DNA from: Actinomycetota bacterium
GTDB taxonomy: Bacteria > Actinomycetota > Aquicultoria > Subteraquimicrobiales > Subteraquimicrobiaceae
Assembly (NCBI GenBank): GCA_030018275.1
Contig: JASEGB010000001.1
Location: 4,380 to 68,379, forward strand
DNA: 64,000 nt
Direction: 5' to 3'
The translations under genes and the position numbers were made by a program. The notes under the pieces are model-generated. The model was not told where the DNA came from. It saw only the letters and a program-made list of their open reading frames with translations, and made no database searches. Position 1 is the first letter of the stretch. Each line of letters opens with the position of its first letter. Positions 59,512-64,000 of this stretch are shown here, piece by piece.

Positions 59512-59983
59512 AATTTGTTGCTTTCTTCGCCTCAGACGAATTATGTCTAACCTATAAGCCACTTGTATCATATTTTACCTCATATCATTGATCCCTTGAA
59601 GAAATTCCGGGATCAAGAAGCTCAAAGGATTATAGAAAGAAAATCCCATCCGAATAGGATGGGAATATTAAGGCCCCAAATAGCTTTTGGCTCCTATCTT
59701 TCGAGTTTCCCCTACTTGATATTTGCCTCCCACTACTTGGGGCCAATTGTAAACATACCACGCCACATGACTCTTGTCAAGAAAATTCACAAATATTTTT
59801 TTCTTGCACTTTCTCTCCCGTTCCATATATGCTAAACACTGCACCAGTTTCAAATTTAAAATTTAAAAATCAAAATGCAAAATGACCTGTCTGCCGAGAG
59901 GCAACTGAATTGAGGGAGGGGTAGGTGTGTGTTTATAATACACTTTGACCTCTGCATTTTGAATTTATGATGGGGAGGGAAAA

Positions 59984-61138
59984 ATGATATCGGAAAGAGC
60001 CCAAAAAATACCACCTTTCATCGTCATGGACATTTTAGAGAGAGCCCAAGCCATGCAGAGAAAGGGAGAAAATATCATCCACCTGGAAATAGGTGAGCCG
60101 GATTTTGATACACCCGATTGCATAAAAGAAGCCGCATACAAAGCATTGAAAGAGGGGAAAACGGGTTACACTCACAGTCTGGGGCTCCCTGAACTTAGGG
60201 AAGCCATCTCGGAACACTATTACAGGAAATACAATGTAGAGGTAGCACCCGATCAAATAGTCATAACCTCTGGTACATCCCCAGCTATGTTCTTAATCTT
60301 CTCCGTTTTACTCAATCCCGGCAACGAAGTAATTTTATCCAACCCTTGCTACGCTTGCTATCCCAATTTCGTTGAATTCCTGGATGGCATCCCAATTTAC
60401 ATCAATGTCTATGAAGAGGATGGATTTCAGTATCGAGCGGAGAGGATAAGGGGAAAAATCAATCCCAAAACGAAGGCGATCTTCATCAATTCTCCATCGA
60501 ATCCCACAGGTAACCTATTATCGTTGAAAGTCATGGAAGAAATCGCGGAAATTGCCCATAAGAATTGCTTCGTCGTTTCCGATGAAATTTACCACGGTTT
60601 GGTATATGAGGGAAGAGAGCATTCCATCTTAGAATTCACCGATGAGGCCTTTGTCCTCAATGGATTTTCCAAAACCTATGCCATGACTGGCTGGAGGCTG
60701 GGATATGTAATTGCCCCCAAAGAGTTCATAAGACCAATGCAAAAAATACAGCAAAACTTCTTCATTTCGGCGAATAACTTCGTTCAATGGGCGGGAATCG
60801 CCGCTCTGAAAGAAGCTGGAGCAGATGTCAAGAGGATTGTCAAAATCTACAATCAAAGGAGGAAATATATCATCCCTAAGCTGAGAGAGATTGGATTCGG
60901 CATAAAAGTCGAGCCCACAGGCGCTTTCTATGTCCTGGCAAACGCAAAACATTTTGGTAATGATTCATACAAGTTAGCCCTTGAGATTCTAGAAAATGCA
61001 AAAGTCGCGGTCACTCCAGGCATCGACTTTGGAGATAATGCGGAAGGGTATATTCGTTTCTCCTATGCCAACTCGCTAGAGAACATAACAGAAGGTATGA
61101 ATCGGCTGGAGAAACACTTGAAGGGGAAAAACCGTTAG
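59984..61138 (+). CDS. Class I/II pyridoxal-phosphate aminotransferase (aspartate aminotransferase-like)
   Basis: PLP lysine motif SKTYAMTGWRLGY. Fold type I. Confidence 0.8.
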   Translation: MISERAQKIPPFIVMDILERAQAMQRKGENIIHLEIGEPDFDTPDCIKEAAYKALKEGKTGYTHSLGLPELREAISEHYYRKYNVEVAPDQIVITSGTSPAMFLIFSVLLNPGNEVILSNPCYACYPNFVEFLDGIPIYINVYEEDGFQYRAERIRGKINPKTKAIFINSPSNPTGNLLSLKVMEEIAEIAHKNCFVVSDEIYHGLVYEGREHSILEFTDEAFVLNGFSKTYAMTGWRLGYVIAPKEFIRPMQKIQQNFFISANNFVQWAGIAALKEAGADVKRIVKIYNQRRKYIIPKLREIGFGIKVEPTGAFYVLANAKHFGNDSYKLALEILENAKVAVTPGIDFGDNAEGYIRFSYANSLENITEGMNRLEKHLKGKNR

Positions 61139-61692
61139 TCCTCTTCAACGAGAGAGGCTACGTAGGGGAGATTTCTGTAGCGCTCTGCATAATCAAGTCC
61201 ATAACCTACGACGAAGACGTTGGGAATAGTAAAACCCACATAATCTATGTTTATGGGTACCTCTCGGCGTTCCTTTTTATCCAGAAGCGCACAGACCTTG
61301 AGGCTCGCTGGTTCTTTGGAGGCCAAGTAATCGAGAATGAATTTCAGAGTGTGACCAGTATCCACAATATCTTCCACCACAAGGACGTGTCTTCCATGAG
61401 CATCGACTTCAAGTTCTTTGGTAATCCTTACTTTCCCGGTGGTCTTCGTTCTTCGCCCATAGCTTGAGGTGGCCATAAAATCTATTTTTAATGGAATTGA
61501 GAGGTGCTTTAATAAATCCCCCAGGAACATGAAGGCACCTTTTAAGATGCATACCATCAAAAGATCTTTCTCTCTATAGTCTAAGGATATCCTACTCGCA
61601 AGTTCCTTAACCCTGGATTGGATTTGTTCTTGAGAGATGAGAACTTTTCCGACTTTCAAATTCGCCTCACAAATTCGCCCTTTTTGAGACAT
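61135..61692 (-). CDS. hpt: Hypoxanthine phosphoribosyltransferase
   Basis: PRPP-binding motif VLVVEDIVDTGHT. Start placed at MSQKG. Confidence 0.85.
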   Translation of the reverse strand: MSQKGRICEANLKVGKVLISQEQIQSRVKELASRISLDYREKDLLMVCILKGAFMFLGDLLKHLSIPLKIDFMATSSYGRRTKTTGKVRITKELEVDAHGRHVLVVEDIVDTGHTLKFILDYLASKEPASLKVCALLDKKERREVPINIDYVGFTIPNVFVVGYGLDYAERYRNLPYVASLVEED

Positions 61693-61734
61693 CTCAATTT
61701 TACTGCCCGCCCGCCATGCAAGCAAGGCGTGCTT

Positions 61735-61914
61735 TTAACCTTTATCCCGTAATTCCTCCTTGTGTTTAATGAAGATTGGGCAGGACTCGCAATTGGGATA
61801 AACATGGCATAGACAACCCTGCTTAATTTCCCAACAGTCTATTCGCCTCTCATAGGCTGGACATTTTATGTAGTGGCTCGCCGGACATCCCTTTAAATCC
61901 CAGCAATTTCGCAT
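61735..61914 (-). CDS. Cys-rich small protein (59 aa, 8 Cys), below track threshold
   Basis: Frame reads MRNCWDLKGCPASHYIKCPAYERRIDCWEIKQGCLCHVYPNCESCPIFIKHKEELRDKG. Confidence 0.35.
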   Translation of the reverse strand: MRNCWDLKGCPASHYIKCPAYERRIDCWEIKQGCLCHVYPNCESCPIFIKHKEELRDKG

Positions 61915-61916
61915 TT

Positions 61917-62240
61917 CTATCCCCCCTGTCTCTTTCTTTTAATCCCATTTCGAATTCTTTCTTCCAATTCTTTTTCGCTTTTCACTGCCGATACATCGAT
62001 TCCCAGCTCCATGAATACCGAGAGAGCCGCTCGAATGATTTTCGTTCTGGGTAATTTATAGCCACCACTGAATTTCATCTGATAGGATAGGTCATCGAGG
62101 AATTCAACTTGAGGTCTTGTTAAAAATGTGGAAACACGCTGTAAAGATTCAAATTTTTCTTCACTCAGCATTCCCTTGACCACCTTGCAAAAATTTGCAA
62201 ATTTGCAATTAATTATAGATGATAATGTGCTTTTGGTCAA
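61917..62240 (-). CDS. Ribbon-helix-helix (CopG/Arc-like) DNA-binding protein, paralog 1
   Basis: LTRPQVEFLDDLSYQMKFSGGYKLPRTKIIRAALSVFMELGIDVSAVKSEKELEERI parallels the neighbouring paralog. The true start may be MLSEEK (62171). Confidence 0.45.
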   Translation of the reverse strand: MTKSTLSSIINCKFANFCKVVKGMLSEEKFESLQRVSTFLTRPQVEFLDDLSYQMKFSGGYKLPRTKIIRAALSVFMELGIDVSAVKSEKELEERIRNGIKRKRQGG

Positions 62241-62266
62241 GGGTTATTTTACACTAAGGCACCGGT

Positions 62267-62521
62267 CTATTTTTGCCTTTTACCCCTGTATTGAGCCTTT
62301 GCCTCCATTATTCTTTCTTTTAACTCATCCTCATCCTTGACACCAGTAACATCTATATCCAGTTGCATAAGAGTTTTTATTGCTGCTCTAACGATGGCTG
62401 TATTGGCGAGCTTACGTCCACCAGAAACTTTGGATTTTAGACTCAAATTCTCCAAGTAACTGAACATCTCTTCGGGCATGGTTATGGGCACACGGAGATA
62501 GTTCTTCCTACTCTTCTTCAT
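62267..62521 (-). CDS. Ribbon-helix-helix (CopG/Arc-like) DNA-binding protein, paralog 2
   Basis: VPITMPEEMFSYLENLSLKSKVSGGRKLANTAIVRAAIKTLMQLDIDVTGVKDEDELKERI has the same architecture as paralog 1. Confidence 0.45.
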   Translation of the reverse strand: MKKSRKNYLRVPITMPEEMFSYLENLSLKSKVSGGRKLANTAIVRAAIKTLMQLDIDVTGVKDEDELKERIMEAKAQYRGKRQK

Positions 62522-62678
62522 TTATCACACTCCCCTCAAAGCTTTTCAGAGCTTTTTTAAATTATATGGCTATATGAAATATTTTTCTACCATACAGTTT
62601 TTTAATAGTTTGGTCAAGTGTTCAGCTGTCCAGAAAAAAAGAAAGCTGCTAGAGAGGTATATGGAGAGGGTGAACGGA

Positions 62679-62951
62679 CTATTTATCTTCGCCGCCTGAG
62701 GTTTTACCCGATTCTTCCAAGGGAAAGATCATGATAATATCCTCTCTATTGACGGCCACGAAACTTAAATTATATAAGACTTTATCCTCAGTGGCGTGAA
62801 GGATCTTGGCATCAGTGATGGGGAAAAAATCTTTTGTCTTGACATTTACGATATCTGTGAGGCGGCTTCCCCGCAGAATATACATATCCCCCTCTATCCT
62901 GTAAAGAGGAGTACATATCACCACTCTGACCTTCTCCTTCTCTGTATACAT
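62679..62951 (-). CDS. Hypothetical protein (90 aa)
   Basis: ORF with protein-like composition. No family recognised. Confidence 0.3.
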   Translation of the reverse strand: MYTEKEKVRVVICTPLYRIEGDMYILRGSRLTDIVNVKTKDFFPITDAKILHATEDKVLYNLSFVAVNREDIIMIFPLEESGKTSGGEDK

Positions 62952-63038
62952 TTATAACTCCTCCCAAATTTAATCCATTTTAGTTATCGGCTTAATCAAC
63001 GCCAAAGATTAGCGGGAAGATGAAATTGTGAGAAATTT

Positions 63039-63980
63039 TTATATCAGAAAGAGACATATGGCCAATACCATCACCATCATGACTATCACCAAAACATTGA
63101 AGCTCATATCACGAGTGTACTCCCGGATAGCCGCTCTTGTTTCAGCGACTTTGCGCTGGGTAACGTACCTCTCCACCGTCCAGGGAACCCTTTCCTCAGT
63201 AACAGCTTCCGCAAGGATACGCAACATCGTCCTCAACCAATCCATCGATTTGTGCCAAAGTGTTTCCTCCACAGCTCGATAGCCGACTTGAACTCGCCTG
63301 TATTCCGCCGTGACTTTCTTTAATATTATATCCATTGCCTCCTCAGTCACCTTCGATTCCGCCAATTTTCTATATTCGGATAAACTTCTCTGCATCATAA
63401 CACCCAAAGCCTCCGCGGTGGGACCCTTCGCCTCAGCCATTCTATCCGCAACCTCTCTGACAACACCCGCAATTATATCGATACTCGCCGCCGCGGGTTT
63501 CTTTGCCACTTTGACGCTGGCTTCCTTTATAACCTCTCTTATCTCCTCCAGTTTCTCCCCGGTGGTGAGCTCGACCTCAGCTCCCTTTGCACCGGCTTCT
63601 CTCAGTACATCGACCAACCTCATGAGATCCACAAGTCTCCTTCTTCTCTCAGCCGCAGGTAACCCCGCTTCTGCCATCCTCAATATCGCCTCTCTGAACA
63701 TATCGAGTTCCGCCTGGGCTATGGCCTCCGCTTCTTTCGTGGCCTCTCCCCTTACATGAGCAAGCTTCTTTCTCCTCTCCTCAGGGGGTACTTCCGCTCT
63801 TATCATCTCAAGAGTCGCTTGCCTCACCGCCTTTCTAACCATGGCTATTTTTCTCTCCTCTAATGTTTCAAGAAGTTCCCTTCTCTCGACAGCGACCTCT
63901 TCCTCCTCAGGCAAACCAAATATGACAGGGACCACCACATCTTGGAATCTTCTTTTGTATTTCGTTATTTGCCTAGGCAT
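63039..63980 (-). CDS. Hypothetical Ala/Glu/Arg-rich coiled-coil protein with C-terminal TM anchor
   Basis: 313 aa, highly helical, charged. C-terminal hydrophobic segment NVLVIVMMVMVLAICLFLI. Confidence 0.35.
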   Translation of the reverse strand: MPRQITKYKRRFQDVVVPVIFGLPEEEEVAVERRELLETLEERKIAMVRKAVRQATLEMIRAEVPPEERRKKLAHVRGEATKEAEAIAQAELDMFREAILRMAEAGLPAAERRRRLVDLMRLVDVLREAGAKGAEVELTTGEKLEEIREVIKEASVKVAKKPAAASIDIIAGVVREVADRMAEAKGPTAEALGVMMQRSLSEYRKLAESKVTEEAMDIILKKVTAEYRRVQVGYRAVEETLWHKSMDWLRTMLRILAEAVTEERVPWTVERYVTQRKVAETRAAIREYTRDMSFNVLVIVMMVMVLAICLFLI

Positions 63981-64000
63981 CGATAGGAAGGCATCGGCCA

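Noticed and set aside
19968-59890. Heptad repeat tracts as possible CRISPR arrays
   Set aside because: The units are 7 nt, degenerate and directly tandem. There are no 25-40 nt repeats separated by unique spacers, and no cas genes are present.
1-64000. Insertion sequences, transposases or toxin-antitoxin pairs (HEPN partner for the nucleotidyltransferase)
   Set aside because: No transposase-like ORF or inverted terminal repeats were seen, and no HEPN-like ORF adjoins 19..672. Only integrase and gene relics are present.

Overview
This window is a chromosomal segment of a low-GC-Gram-positive-like (Firmicutes/Clostridia-type) anaerobe, about 50% GC. The lineage call rests on a SigH protein nearly collinear with Bacillus subtilis SigH and the conserved yacL-ispD-ispF-cysE-cysS-sigH gene order.

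Most of the window is one co-directional minus-strand gene array, in reading order:
- tatA
- a candidate Moco riboswitch
- tungstate/molybdate ABC transporter (tupABC-like)
- molybdenum-cofactor biosynthesis (moeA, moaA, moaC, MOSC, moaB)
- System I cytochrome c maturation (ccmEFABCD, with the sub-threshold ccmD found by hand)
- hemX/ccsA-like gene, then hemA-hemC-hemD

A roughly 7 kb island (tRNA-Ala, a Flp/Tad pilus locus and an immR/immA pair) then interrupts the hem operon before hemB, an AhbD-like radical SAM gene, and hemL.

Further along lie mobB-fdhD-mobA-fdhE and a Tat-exported selenocysteine (in-frame UGA) formate dehydrogenase (gamma, beta and a roughly 1030 aa alpha subunit). After these come housekeeping genes: site-2 protease, cysC, MTAP, sbcDC, hslO, an aminotransferase and hpt.

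I did not find a clear new defence or secretion system. The most unusual observations are three:
1. The Tad pilus locus is extensively decayed. It shows a tadZ::tadA in-frame fusion with deletion, frameshifted cpaF, tadB and tadG genes, a truncated cpaB, no tadC, and a tadB C-terminus fused to a GspE_N/DUF4388 module. The TadG-like DUF11 protein carries an unusual Cys-codon-rich insert.
2. A dispersed family of degenerate tandem heptanucleotide repeats fills many intergenic 5' regions and intrudes in frame into coding sequence (hemA tail, hemC head, tupC linker). It is accompanied by a small palindromic element (CCTGCCTGCCGGCAGGCAGG).
3. Two perfect Cheo-type LexA boxes occur, one directly upstream of sbcDC.

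I also found two tRNAs (Thr-TGT, Ala-CGC) beside gene remnants: an integrase C-terminal fragment, an rlmB/yacO relic and an unidentified fragment. Several small ORFs fall below the 60 aa track threshold: Flp pilin, CcmD, a zinc ribbon protein and two Cys-rich peptides.
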